DNA of 48,642 nt, counting the filler, from Sphacelaria rigidula (taxonomy: Eukaryota), in assembly GCA_964200075.2 (NCBI GenBank). It is 3 parts of 3 records of this genome, joined end to end, with 100 filler letters (N's around TTAATTAATTAA, not from the genome) between each part and the next. Parts side by side here need not be neighbours in the genome. Positions count along the whole stretch, not along the records: positions 32,496 to 48,642 come from CAXNAA020001464.1; 2 more parts are not named here. One strand, 5' to 3'. Both the position numbers and the translations under genes were made by a program. The notes beneath the pieces were generated by a model. It saw only the letters and a program-made list of their open reading frames with translations. It was not told the origin of the DNA and did no database searches. This document shows, piece by piece, positions 48,351 to 48,642 of this stretch. The stretch's first letter is position 1. Every line of letters starts with the position of its first letter.

Positions 48351-48642
48351 TCGTCAGTGTAAAACAGGTGATTCCTTGAGACACTTGTGGGAATTCGTCC
48401 TTTCTAAGCGGTGGTTTTCACACTCAAGCTCTTCTTGCAACGGTTGTACTTGTGTCTGTTTTTGTGTTTTGATCCCTTTTCTTCAGCGACTGTTTCCGTC
48501 TTGTTTTTTTCATCTCGGTAACGTCTATCATGCGAGCACGACTATTAATGGATCCCTGGGGGGAGGGGGGGGGGGGGGGGATTTAATCCTTTTTTTCACC
48601 TGCTGTGCGTATAAATAATCGAAACGTCGCGGTTTCTGCATA

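Overview
Eukaryotic, intron-rich, repeat-rich genomic DNA, most consistent with a brown alga (Ectocarpales-like stramenopile; inferred from gene families and intron style, not verified). The window is three contigs joined by artificial 100-bp N44-TTAATTAATTAA-N44 linkers (16149-16248, 32396-32495), so adjacency across them is not guaranteed. Contig 1 holds a 2-exon S-adenosylmethionine-type mitochondrial-carrier-family gene with an N-terminal signal peptide (minus strand), head-to-head with a 3-exon gene for a disordered protein with a PH-like domain; its intron carries a decayed Gypsy integrase fragment. Contig 2 holds a 5'-incomplete, 15-exon gene for a Cys-rich, about 9-TM receptor/channel-like protein (all splice phases consistent), with a MITE and a SINE in its introns, followed by a foldback element. 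Contig 3 holds a decayed 10.8-kb Ty3/Gypsy element (gag-CCHC, PR, RT, RNase H, IN, chromodomain, an extra Tudor-like C-terminal domain, 3' LTR), then hAT-like and SINE-like repeats. Most notable: the chromo+Tudor-like tail of the integrase, an ATGA stop-start gag/pol junction, a hairpin-forming inverted duplication inside gag, and the signal-peptide-bearing SAM carrier. No CRISPR, rRNA or intact tRNA was seen.
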